Assembly: GCA_004431415.1 (NCBI GenBank)
Contig: QPMI01000666.1
Coordinates: 1 to 64,000, forward strand
DNA: 64,000 nt
Direction of reading: 5' to 3'
DNA from: Cyanophora paradoxa CCMP329
Lineage: Eukaryota > Plantae > Glaucophyta
Of the stretch, positions 39,601-51,209 are shown in pieces. The stretch's first letter is position 1. Each line of letters starts with the position of its first letter. The notes under the pieces are model-generated. The model saw only the letters and a program-made list of their open reading frames with translations, ran no database searches and was not told the origin of the DNA. Made by a program: the position numbers and the translations under genes.

Positions 39601-40322
39601 AGGACCAAGTTTTCTTTCAACTCGCGCGGTCGCTCGCGCCGCTTCGTCGTACTCGAGGGGTCCGCCCTCCGCTGGGGTGACCCCAAGACCCGCCGCCTGA
39701 CCTCCACCGGTGAGCCGCCCGCCGGGAATCGCGCGGGGGCCAACGCGGGCTGCAGCGGACATGCGGGAAGCCCTCCGCATCGACTTCGGGCCCCGCGGGA
39801 GCGCTGCGTTCAAGGTGCACCCCTCACGTGCGATCTGCGCGCGCTGGAAGCCCACGTTAGGGTGGTAGGCGCGTGACTCAGTGCGGGACGCGCCCTGGCT
39901 ATGCTTCTCTGTCGTCTTCCCGCACCGCACCCTCGACCTCGCCGTGCGGCCTTCACCCTTCTCTTCTCGCCCAACATGCGCCGCCTCACCCGCCGCCAGG
40001 CCTCCAACGAAGCGCAGATGATTGCCTGGTTCCTGGCGCTCCAGGTGCCCTGCGCCAGCCCCGCCTGATGCGCTGCGACCCACGAACCAGCACAGCTCTT
40101 TGTGGAGGGCCGCACAAGCCACGTGCCTCTCGGCCGTCCGCAGCTCGTCTCCTGCATCGCCACCATGAAGGCCCCTTCCGGCGTTGCCGCCGCACCCCAC
40201 ACCTCCCCCCGCAGGTCCCTCACCACTCACTCCCGGTCAAAGACTCCATGCCGCTCACTCTCCTCAGATCTTCCTCTGCGCGGCGCCAGCGCGTCATTGA
40301 CGATTCCTTCCCCCGTTATTGA
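36673..40322 (+). CDS. Long coiled-coil protein with a Pro-rich linker and C-terminal PH-like domain
   Basis: MEPGASDELSALERQRQQL... heptad-rich exons; spliced LHRGDVLTKFSFNSRGRSRRFVVL...LRWGD...CFSVVFPHRTLDLA...EAQMIAWFLALQ; 3' end approximate. Confidence 0.65.
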
Positions 40323-41010
40323 CCTTGTTCTCTGACCTTGCTCTTCACTGTTAAGGAACTCACCGTGCTCTTCACACGACAACAAAGCTGCCGTGCCCGG
40401 AGGGGAACCCGGAGGGGGCAGCCTCCGGACCTCGTCAATGAATTCGCACACACCAAGACAATTCCGGACCTCGTCGACGCCCGAGCCCATCCGGAGAAAG
40501 ACGTTCCTGGGGGCAGCGAGAGGAATTACGATTAATGACGATTACGCCTAGGCGGGGCAGCGAGAGGAATTACGATTACGATTACGTAAACGAACCGGAG
40601 GGCGGTATGTGAATTACGATTACAATTACTACTAGGCGGGGAGGCGAGAAGAATTACCTTAGTACGAGCAACTTGCCAAGTTGGCAAGTTGAGCCTCGGA
40701 GCAAGCCTTGACTCAGTGAACTCGGAAGGTTTGGGATAGGTTTTCAAGTTTTGGCAAGCCTTCAAAAAAAAGGCTTGACTCAGTGAATTCGAAGGCCTAG
40801 GTTTGGGAAGGCCTTGCTTGTTGAGCCTCGGAAAGGACACATATATAGGTAGAGAGGGGCGTTGTACGTATACGTATACGTATACGTATACGTATCGACT
40901 TCGATACGGCGCTGGCTCCGAGTTCCTCCAACTTCGAATTCCGGCCAACACCGCGATCGGCCGCAGCTAATCATTGAATTATATATATATATATAATTCA
41001 ATGCCAACCC

Positions 41011-41188
41011 GCGCTTTAGCGCAGTGGTATGAGGTCGTGCTACGACCTCCCGGATTCCCGGGTTCGGTTCCTGCTGTTTCCGCTACGTTGTACTTCGAAT
41101 CCTTGTGATTCCCGAAACCGTGACTTGTATCCTCGTTGTGTACTACGAGTGGGCACGCCCACCGTAGATCTTTAAAAAAAAAAAAAAA
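41011..41188 (+). mobile_element. tRNA-derived SINE (~180 bp)
   Basis: A box TAGCGCAGTGG (41017-41027), B-box-like GGTTCGGTTCC (41061-41071), 3' hairpin GTGGGC-AC-GCCCAC, A15 tail then TTTT. Confidence 0.7.
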
Positions 41189-41407
41189 TTTTAATGAACT
41201 TTTTCAGTGATTCAATGGCCCAGTGCACGTGGCCCGTCCGCCGCCAGCAGCTGCAGGCCCGGCCAGGTCGAGCTAGGCCCGTGCCGGGATCCGCTGATCC
41301 TGCCAGGCTGCCACTGGGCCAGGCTGGCCCATATGCATGACTCCGCGATCCGGGAGCATGGAGACCGTACGTGTCGGACTCTAGATCTAGATCTGCTGAG
41401 ATCTTTA

Positions 41408-42355
41408 ATGTACTGCACAATGTGCTGCTACGGGAATAGCGCACTCCTGCTCACCATCGAGGCGGTGCACGGTGATGCAGCCGAGAAGCTGCTCCGCAAA
41501 TCAGCGCTCCAGTACCTTCCCGTCCTCGACTTCACTCAGCTTCCGGCCGATGCGAACGGCGCCCCCCCGCCGCCTCTGGATTCGAAGGCCGCGCGCGAGG
41601 CCGGCTTCCGCGATCCCTCCGTCAGCTTCGGCCCTTTCTATTCAGCTCCCTCCAATGCGCATAGTGTCTTTTCCAACTGGCTCGTGCAGCGCGGCTTCAG
41701 CCCGTCCAAAGTTCATCGCATCAATGGCAACAGCGTCTGGATCAAAGTGTTTCTCTCGGAGGTCCCGCCCGTCGCCAGTCAGGCGCGGTTGCCTTTCTCT
41801 CACAAGTTCGGCAATGAGACAGTTCAGATCAGCGGCAGCTGGGCGTTCTGCAACCGGCCGGGCTGTCACAGCGCGCAGCATTCCGAGCACGCCCCGCACA
41901 CCCGCACGGGCGTCACGATCAGCGGCCGCTCGCGCTCCCTGGAGCAGTACAACGGCGAGAACTGGACCGACCAGACCGGCCCCAGCGCGATCATGCGCCG
42001 GCCTAACGACCCCATCAACTTCGACATCATCTTCCCGTGGAAGGAGGACCTGCAGCGCGCTGCGCAGGTTCGCTTTTGCAATTCGTACTCTCGATGGCCT
42101 CATGGCCTTTTCCGGCCTCATGGCCCGCCCCTCGCAATCGATCCGATCTCCTCTCTTTCTCTCTTGCATGACTTTCTCGATCTTGCAGGCCGCTGCTGCG
42201 TCCCCCTCGGGATCGGCGTGAGGCGTTCGGGCCCCCCATCGATTCCCGCTGCGTATCGCGGCGGGGTTGATCCCTCGGCCCTCCCCTCGCCCCCGGCCCT
42301 CGTTTTCTCTTCCGGCTCTTGGGCTTTGTCCCTCGAGCTGCACCACCCCCCGTAA
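41408..42355 (+). CDS. LINE ORF1 (probably 5'-truncated)
   Basis: Intronless ORF with Cys/His motif CNRPGCHSAQH; its stop abuts the ORF2 start (TAAATG). Confidence 0.65.
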   Translation: MYCTMCCYGNSALLLTIEAVHGDAAEKLLRKSALQYLPVLDFTQLPADANGAPPPPLDSKAAREAGFRDPSVSFGPFYSAPSNAHSVFSNWLVQRGFSPSKVHRINGNSVWIKVFLSEVPPVASQARLPFSHKFGNETVQISGSWAFCNRPGCHSAQHSEHAPHTRTGVTISGRSRSLEQYNGENWTDQTGPSAIMRRPNDPINFDIIFPWKEDLQRAAQVRFCNSYSRWPHGLFRPHGPPLAIDPISSLSLLHDFLDLAGRCCVPLGIGVRRSGPPSIPAAYRGGVDPSALPSPPALVFSSGSWALSLELHHPP

Positions 42356-45300
42356 ATGACGTTTAGGTTTCTTTCTCTGAACGTAGCAGGCAAACTAGAT
42401 CGAGCTTTTCATGATGTATTAGGCAAATCTTATCGTTCTTTTCTCTTTGATTGCCTCCGCGATAGTGCGCGGCATTCAGCTGTGTTCCTGCAGGAGACTC
42501 ATGTTTCTTCTTCCTCATTATCCAAGCGCCTCGCGCGCGCCTGGGGATCGGCCCCCTCTTTTTGGTCTCATAACCCTAGTGGTCAGGCCACTCAGGGGGT
42601 CGCCGCTCTCTTTCCTGGTGATTCCCCTTTTCAAATTCGGTTGTTGACTCCAGCTGATAGTCCTCGACTTCAACTTTTCTTGTTCGAGACCAAATTTGGT
42701 CCCATTTATTTTTGCAATGTATATGCTCCTACAGATGATTCCGAGCGTCGCGGTTTCTATGAAACTCTTCTTTATACTCTCGAGTCCGTGGTTCCTTTCG
42801 ACAGCCGCCTCATCTTAGGAGGAGATTTTAATTTCCACGAGCTCCCCTCTGATGCTCCCGGCCCTAGTCGTGGAACCCCTCCCCCGACGCCTTTGAGTTG
42901 ATCCGAGCTCGTTATGGCCTTTTCGATGCCGGGCCTCACACTAGAGCGTGCTTTAAAACCTGGAGCCGGCCGCGGCCGGCGGGCGGGACGATTGAGTCCC
43001 GGCTCGATTATTTTTTCCTCTCGTCCTCCCTCCGCGATTGGGCCGTCTCGCTTCGGCCGTGGACGGCTTACTCTGCAGTCGGCGAGCCACGCAATTCTGA
43101 TCATATAGGCATCTATCTCACACTTAAAGCCCCGGAATCTCTCGCCGTGGCCCCGGTCGCTGGCGCATGAACTGGGCGGCGTATGGCACATGCCCGGAAT
43201 ATTCTGGTTTCATTTCTACTATAATTCGTGACTGGCGCGCCGCGTGGCCATTAGTTACAGATCGCGTCCGTCGGTGGGACGCCCTCAAATCCGAGCTCCA
43301 GCGTCGTGTTCGGGCCTGGGAGCTTGATGAGAAGCGCAGGCGGAAGGACGCTTACATCTCCGCTGTTCGAGCTCTCGAGGCTCTCATCCGTCGCCACGCC
43401 GCTGGCTCTATTGATGATGTCGCTTTCCGTACACTGCGCACTTCTATGATGCGCAGCTTGAATTCGCTTGTGTCTGACTATGCCAGACAGCATTCACGCA
43501 AAGAAATTCGTTTTGCCGCAACTCAAGATGGACGGTCTAGTAAAGCTTTTTTTGAGCATTATTTACCGGATTCTCATGCTCAGTTCACGGAGGGGCTTCG
43601 GGCCCTCGACACCGAAGGCCCAGAGGCCGCGTCGGACGACCCCCGCACTTTGCTCGAGCTTTCTTCCGCCTATTACGCTCAACTATATGACGGCGCTGCA
43701 GCTCAGGCCGTGGTTGATCGGTCGCTAGCTGAGCGGTCTGGCGTTGCCTCTCTCTATTCCCCTCACCGCCTGCTCCCTACTGAGTCTGCTGATCTTGACT
43801 CTGACTTATCGTCTGGAGAACTATTTCGTGCTTTTAAGGAGATGTCTGGCGGAGCCAAGTCTCCTGGCATCGATGGTCTCCCTGCTGAATTCTACGTTCA
43901 CTTTTTTGATGAGATTGGCCCCGATTTCTGTGCTTACATCGCTGCTATGTATGAGTCTGGGCAGCCGTCCGAGTCTTTGCGGCACGTCCTCATTACTCCT
44001 ATTACTAAACCGGCAACGGACCCTACTTTGATTGCAAATCGCCGCCCAATTTCTCTCTCTAATGTCGAAGAGCGTGCAGTCGAGCGCGCCCTCTCCAACC
44101 GCTTAACGCCACTCATGTCTGGTCTTGTATCCCGCTTTCAGTCTGGCTTTATTCATCGTCGGTCCGCAGTGCACCAGGTTATGCTTGTTTATCTTCTCAT
44201 GCATTACGAGGGCGGTAATCCTGCACTCGAACAGCTGTGCTTCGGATTTCTTGATTTTTCAAAAGCCTATGACCGCGTTAACTGGAGCTTCCTTTTCTGG
44301 TCGCTCGAACAGTTCGGTTTCGGGTCCCAATTTATCAAGTGGGTCCGCCTGCTCTACTCTGATCTGCAGGGTTCTGTTCACATTAACGGCTGGACCTCCG
44401 CCCCTTTCCCCATTCGATGCGGTGTACGTCAGGGTGGCCCCCTTTCGCCCTATCTATATAATTTGTGCACACACCTTTTAGCCCTTTTGATTAATGCTGA
44501 TGCTCGTATACGAGGTGTCCGCTTGTCCTCTAGCTCTCTTTGCAAGGTGCTCCAGTTTGCAGACGACACTGTTCCTTTAATCTCGTCTTTTACCGAATTG
44601 CCTTTCTGGAAAGAGTGCTTTGATAAATACTGCCGGCTCTCTGGAGCTCTTATTAATCTCGAGAAATCTAGCCTTCTTCCACTCCGCGATATCCCCGCAC
44701 ATGCCTGGCCTAGCGTCGAGGACTGCCCCTGGCGGCGTCTTCAGGTGACGGATCTCCCTCCCGCTGAAAAAATTCGAAATACCTGGGCTTTCCACTAGAG
44801 CCCGATCTGTCTCGGTTCTGGCGGAAAAAGAACGCTGCTCTTGATATCCGTGTCCAGCAAGCGAAGACTTATCGCATGCCGATGCGTTCCGGCGTTCTCC
44901 TTGCCTGGGCTGTATTTATTGGGTCCCTACATTATGCTCTATATTTGCTTGACCCCCTGATGCTCAGTATTCGACATGGCAAGAGAAGCTTCGCGCTTTT
45001 GCTGGCGTGAGCGGGCAGCTTTCGAAGTATATTTCTCCTCTGCCGTGGCGTCAAGGTGGTCTCAACTGCCCGGATATTCGAGCTTTTTCGTTATCGCTGA
45101 AAATGAAGTGGGTGGCCTTGCTCGCTGACCCCTCTTGTTCGGCTCCTTGGAAGGAGTACCTCTTGAGCAAACTGGACGCTCAGCTGGCACCTTTTTCCTA
45201 TGGCCCCGCCCTTGTCTCGCTCCGCCTCCCACTTGACAGACTTGACTTGCCTCCTATTTGGAAGCAGACTCTCTCCGAGTGGGCTCAGCGCCAGGGCGTG

Positions 45301-47103
45301 TGTCAACCTCGTAACTCTCCCGAAGTGTTATCCCAACCTCTTTTCTTCAATCCTCTGTTCAGTACTCCCGGCGACGAGGTCGACTGGAGTCGCTGTGCAC
45401 GGTCCGGCTTGCTGCGGGTCTGCGATATCTGGGATTGTGCTGCCCGGGGGTTCCGGGCTCCAGCAGCTGCCTCCTCCGCCCTCCACTCCTTTTTCCCTAG
45501 TCTGTGCTCTGCGCTCCCGGCTACTTGGCGCCAGGTTCTCGAGGCCCCTGCACCGCCGCCTCAGCATCTCTGGTGGTCCGGACCGGACGCCTCGTTTGCT
45601 CTCCTTCGAGGCCCAAGTGGTACTTTTGTTGCCTTCCCCGTTCGCGATAACCAGATAATTCCACGGGTGCTGGACTACGTACCGCGCGTTCCTTGCCGCC
45701 CTGCGGCTTCCCACCCTGTGGGCCTATCCTCGAGCTCCAATTCAATTCTGTCCCGTTTGCTCCCGCTGCATGTTTGCTTCAGCGCTGTCTTCCTCTCTTT
45801 TCGTCGCGGGACCCTGCCTGGCCTTTTTGTTCTTGGCGCAGGTCCTTCGGCCTTTCTTTCTCTTGATAATCTTGCGTTCACTTTCGCTCGTATGCTCCCT
45901 CTCCGCCTCTCCTCTGTTCGTCGCTTCTACTGCCTTGAGGTCCAGCGGCTTCGCGATGTGTCTAGCCACGCTCAGATGCCCGATGCTAAGTGGGGGTTTC
46001 CCGGCGCCTTGTCTCCGTCCCGTCTTCCTAATCTTGTCGTCCTTCAGTGTTTCCCGATGCTTTGGATCGATGCTCTTTACCGTTTGCATTTCAAATTGTA
46101 TCGTTTGGGCGAGCAACAGTCGCCCCGCCGTCGTTTCTGTCGGGTTTGTAATGACGGATCTGCTCGCTCTCACGCGCACGTTTTCTCTGAGTGCCCGCTT
46201 TCTCGTTCGTTCTGGGATTTCATTCGTGAGCGCCTGAATTTCTGGGCTTCTACTCTTCCACCGGATGAGCGTGAAGAGGTCGCAGTGCCTGACCTCTCTC
46301 TCTTCCACATCCTCTCGGTTCCGGATTTATCTGGACCCATTTTGCGCAGTAAAGTTAACCCCGCCTTCTGCCTTCGCTCACTTGGAGCGATCCTTGCTGG
46401 CGTATTTTCCATCCAACAGGTTGCTCGCGCTCGGTGCGATCTTGAGGAGGCTGACATTGATGCACCTTCTTACAACCGCGCCGCGCTTGTTGCCGCCTGG
46501 GACAGAAATATGTCGTACCTCGAGTTCACCCTTCCGCAGGCTTCGGCCTTGTTGGAGGAGCGGCGCGCTCGCTTGGCTGCTGCTGACGCTGATGATCAGG
46601 CTGCCTCGGATGATGACGCACATGATTCAGAGTCTGGTACCGGTTCTCATCGTTCTAGTTCAAGCTCTGATTCTGACTCGTCCGGCGCTCCTTCTTCGGG
46701 CGGTGCTGACAACCTCGTCTCTTCGCGTGACATCGATTCTGTCCTCCGGAATCCTGCGGAGTTTGCCGTTCGTGGGAATGTCCCGTTGGGGATCCCTGGT
46801 GGTCGCCCGCCTCCTGCGCCGTCCCCTCCTGCTCTGGCCCCTGTAGTGACCCTTGGGCCCATTCCTATTCCTGCTCTCGCTGCCCTCTCGACGCTCCTTT
46901 CCCCCATTCCCTGCGGTCCCGATCCCTGTGCTCCTTGGCCCTCTGGCCCCGCCTCTGCCTCCTCCCTCCTTACAACTTGCTGTCACGGGGCCTCTTCACT
47001 TGCCTGTTCCCCGGCAGGTCCCTGGTCATCTTGCAGCTCCATACCCCTTCTTACCTCTTCCCCTTGCTCCTCCACTTCCGCCCCTGCGAGGCCCTCTTTC
47101 TGA
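42356..47103 (+). CDS. LINE ORF2: AP endonuclease, reverse transcriptase and zinc knuckle, with 4 single-base frameshifts
   Basis: SLNVAG, FLQETH, NVYAP, LGGDFN, SRLDYFF, SDH; KSPGIDGLPAEFY, LDFSKAYDRV, GVRQGGPLSPYLY, QFADD, KYLG; CRVC...HVFSEC. Confidence 0.93.
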
Positions 47104-49904
47104 CGTCCTCCTGGTTCAGCCCCCTCTTCAGCCCATCCTTCTTGCCCCCGCTTCTGCAACCGTTGAACTGTGACGCTGGGCGGCACTATCTTTTTGCATG
47201 CCCCTACCGCCTCTACGTCCCCGGTCTCTTTGCATCTGCATCCACTTTCCCGGATCCGCTTGCAGGCCCCCTCGCCTCCAGAGCTCGCCATCACTTCGGC
47301 CTCCCTCGCCTCCGCTCTCGATTCTCCATACCCTTCGAATAGCCGCCTTCTCTCTCCTCCTCCGCCCTCCCTCCCCCCTCGAGCTCCGGGTCCTCGGCCT
47401 CTGCCCCGCTTCCGAGTGTTGGCGAGACTGTCCTCTTTTCGGTCTCCCCGTCATTCCGGCTCCCTGCTCCCCTTCGGCGCCTCGGGTCCCATATGCGGGT
47501 CCTATCCCGCTTCCTGGCGCTCGTGAGATTCGCCGCCGGCGCCCTCGTCGGGCCCTTGCGCCCTCGAGCTCGTCTCTCTCTGCGCCGCCCATGGCCATGA
47601 CCTCCGTGTCATCTGATCCGGCGCCACCCGACCTTTCTCCAGCTTCGCTGCCCTCTCTTCGGCGCCGGCAGCGATCCCCGTCACCTGCTCGCGGCCCTTC
47701 CCCTGCCTCCGACCCTTCCTCGGCCCCCTCCTCGCCTAGGCCTCTTCCGTCTCGTCGGCCCCCGCCGCATTCCCGTCGGCGGATCTCTCGATCGACCCTG
47801 GACTCTCCGCCTGCCACTGTCTGCGGGTACCTCCGCCGCCGTGTTCGGCGCCGGCTGTCAGTACTTTGCTCGGTAGCTCCCCCGTCGTGGCTCCTCGGGG
47901 CCTCTTCGTCGTCGTCGTTCGCTGGGTTCCGGCTCCGGGTCAGATTTCTCGCCGGGCTTACCTTCTCCTGGCTCTGCTCCTGGGCCCTCAGCTCCGGGAC
48001 CGGCTTCCCCGATCTCCTCCCGGACTCGTGGTCGTACCCGTCGCCGGCTTGCCGAGCCTGCGGCTCCTTCTACTTCCCCCGGCGGTTTGCCGGGCCGGAC
48101 CCTCCGGCCTTTGTTCTTGATACCGGACTGCCGCCTTTGCCTTCGTCTTCTGCTTCGCTGGTCGCGATCGTATCCCGCCGGCGCCGGCGTACTTCTTCGT
48201 CTTCTAGTTTAGTTCGGTCTGGTTCGGATTCTGATCGTAGTGTTGATGCTAGAGTTAGTTTCAATACTAGCTATAGTCCTCGTGCTCGACCTGTTGTTCG
48301 CCGTCGTTTGCAGTTCGATTGCCCGCCTCGACCCTGGCCGGCTTTAGTGATTCCTTTGACTGTCCTTTTGCCTGCTCTTGATCCGCCTGCTCCGCCTCCT
48401 GTGTCCTCCTCGACCTCGTGCCGTAGCTCTGCCCTTTCGCATCGTCCTGCTTCGCCTCCGCCTCCATGTCGTCTTGTTGTTCCTCTTACTTGTCTTCTTC
48501 CTGTTATTTATCTTTCTCAATTTTGTCCCCCGCTTCTTAGTGATGTAATTCCTTCTGATATTGATGGTATCTCTAGCTCTGGCTCTTCTTCGTGTCAGTT
48601 ATCCTCTGTCCCTAGATCTGCTCGATTTATCGTCTCTTCTCGCTATCGATCTGTCTCGAGCTCTGTGTCTTTCCTTTTTTATTGTCGATTTTGGCTCTTT
48701 GTCTTATCTTTCTTCGTGCTCTTGTCTTAGTTATTTTGCTTTTTTGTCTTTATGCCCCCTGGGCAGCCCCCGCAGTGCTGGTGTCTAGAGACTGTGGCCG
48801 GTAATTCACCAAAAAAAAAAAATGGACCCGGGATTTCATTAATATTCCGAACTTCGGAAGTTCGAATTCAATGCTTGCAATTGATGCATATAATCAGCCC
48901 GGCCCGGGTCTGGCATGCGCAGCTGCCGCAGTGCCACGTGCACATGTACAGCGCAGAGCGCGCGCTTTTCGAATTTCAACTGGCAAGTTGATTTTTTTTC
49001 GAATTTGATCATCATGCATCGATCGCGATATCATGCATGCACAGTGCTTCACCGCCGCGTTTTGAGCCAAGTATGAAGGTCTGGGGCCGCATGATGTCAG
49101 CATGATGCCGCATGCGCAATGATGAAAAGTGATGCCGAGTCACGGTTTTTGAATTTTTTTGGGAGAACGCAGTGAAGTAACTTGGCTCGGATCCGAACCC
49201 GAGCAAAACGGTTGTATGGGGACGAGAATAGCTCGGCGACTAGCCCCGCCGCGGCAGGACTAGCCCCGCGCGCGCGCGCGCGGCTATAGGCTTTCCCATT
49301 GATCCTCTAGCGATCCCCCACAGCCGTTTGGGGGCTTCCCAGACAAAAATTTTCCCAGCGATCTCATTGGGCGGGCGGGGGCACCAGGAACAACCACCAA
49401 CAGGTCCCACAACTCGCGCCGAGCGACCTCCGCTGGCGATGCGCATCGCACCTAGAGCGTCTAACAAGCGCGGCGAGCGATGCGGGAGCCGCGCGCCTTG
49501 CGCGGATCGCCCCGATGATGCGCGGAACCAGAAAAAACGCGGAAAAAAACGCGCTTTGACTACCCCGTGAAGCAAAAGAACTGGCTTCCCGCACGCCATG
49601 GAGCTCCCTGAGAAGTGCAAGCGCGGTGTCGGCGAGATAGGACCAGCCGCGTCGAGAAAGCCCACGCGCGCGACCAGCAGCCGCTCAGAATGCGCTGCAC
49701 GACCTGCCTTGCAAGCACGACGGAACTTCTTCAGGACGTCTCTGCCAGGCTTCTGTGCCCCTGCCCGTCGCGCAGCCGCCCGGCTGAACTGCTGCCGATC
49801 GGCTGAACTGCTGCCGATCGCAGTACTAGTTGAACTGCTCCGCCGCTGGCTTCTAGCACTAAGATACTGCTGCAGTTCGTGAACCTGCTCATCCTGACTT
49901 GGGC

Positions 49905-50780
49905 GGCAGGGCGCGCGCCGGGCGCTGGTCGGAGTCGTAAAGGCCTTGGCGGGCTGCAGCGCGCGCCGCGGCGGGGCCGCCGGGCTCGCCGAACGTGGCG
50001 GGCGGGCGGGCGGCGACGCGGCTCTCCGTACGGGCCGGAGGCTCGGCGGGCGGCGGCGCGGCTCGCTGGACGGGGCGGAGGCGCGCCGGGCGGCCCACCG
50101 GCCCAAGCTCAACGGCAGCGCGGCTCGCTGGATGGGTGAAGGCGCGGCGGGCGGCGGCGCGGCTCGCCGGGCGGGGCAGCGGCCCGGCGGGCGGCAGCGC
50201 GGCTCGCCGGGCGGGGCGGCGGCCCGGTGGGCGGCGGCGGGGCTCGCCGGGCGGGGCGGGGGCCCGGCAGGCGGCGGCGCGGCTCGCCGGGCGGGGCGGG
50301 GCCCGGCGGGCGGCGGCGGAGCTCGCCGGGCGGGCGGAGGCCCGGCGGGCGGCGGCGCGGCTCGCGGAGCGTGGCGGGAGACGCGGCGGGCGGCGGCGCG
50401 GCTCGCCGGGCGGGGCGGGGGCCCGGCGGGCAGCGGCGCGGCTCGCCGGGCGGGGCGGAGGCGCGGCGGGCAGCGGCGCGGCTCGCCGGGCGGGGCGGAG
50501 GCGCCGCGGGCGGCGGCGCGGCTCGCCGGGCGGGGCGGAGGCCCGGCGGGCGGGGCGGGGGCCCGGCGGGCGGCAGCAGGGCTCGCCGGGCGGGGCGGGG
50601 GCCCGGCGGGCAGCGGCGCGGCTCGCCGGGCGGGGCGGGGCCCGGTGGGCGGTGGCGCGGCTCGCCGGGCGGGGCGGAGGCGCGGCGGGCGGCGGCGCGG
50701 CTCGCCGGGCGGGGCGGGGGCCCGGCGGGCGGCAGCGGGGCTCGCCTGACGAGGCGGGGGGCGCGGCGGGCGGTGGCGGG
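49905..50780 (+). repeat. Extremely GC-rich ~40-bp minisatellite
   Basis: About 20 variants of GGCGGGCGGCGGCGCGGCTCGCCGGGCGGGGCGGRGGCSC. Confidence 0.92.
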
Positions 50781-51084
50781 GTTTGGAGGGGCGGCTGATC
50801 ATGAGGGGCCCCATCCCTGTCTTGTCCCACCGGCCCGACCCGCCCTGTTCTTGTACCTGCTGCCTTGTAGAGCATGTGAAGAACTCAAATAGCTTTCGTT
50901 TATCGCTTTTCTTGCCCCAGCAGAGCCTGTGCCGTGCCTGGGTGCCGTGCCTTCGCCGCCTTCCCTCATTTTGACGGTCACGCCGACAAATATTGAACCA
51001 CCAGCGCGCAATCTCGATATAAATGAGTGACATTCTGAAAGAATAGTATCTTAAGAGTGTGTGTACTCATTTTCGCAGCGAGCG

Positions 51085-51209
51085 CGAACGTTTCGGACGA
51101 TCCACGTTAACATGAGTCTTTAGACCAGAGTACTAGACCTGACTTCACTAAGTTCATCTTCACAACTACTTCAACATCGAGAAACCCTGCTCATCGTCCG
51201 AAACGTTCG
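51085..51209. repeat. 17-bp perfect inverted repeat enclosing ~90 bp (MITE- or Penelope-like remnant)
   Basis: CGAACGTTTCGGACGAT (51085-51101) and ATCGTCCGAAACGTTCG (51193-51209). Confidence 0.7.

Larger units (their letters stand above)
41408..48822 (+). mobile_element. L1/Tx1-clade non-LTR retrotransposon (ORF1 plus APE-RT-zinc knuckle ORF2, poly-A tail)
   Basis: Domain motifs listed in the next two features; A12 tail at 48811-48822; 5' boundary uncertain. Confidence 0.92.

Noticed and set aside
37187-40230. Long antisense ORFs, also at 56676-58712
   Set aside because: GC-rich stop-poor shadows of spliced genes.
41011-41080. Functional tRNA gene
   Set aside because: No acceptor stem or 7-nt anticodon loop; followed by an unrelated body and poly-A.
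42880-44960. Programmed frameshifting or an alternative genetic code
   Set aside because: No slippery-site pattern; spliced host genes read normally with TAA, TAG and TGA all used as stops.
49240-51033. Long Pro/Arg/Ala/Gly ORFs (up to 597 aa)
   Set aside because: Open in several frames on both strands because of the GC minisatellite.
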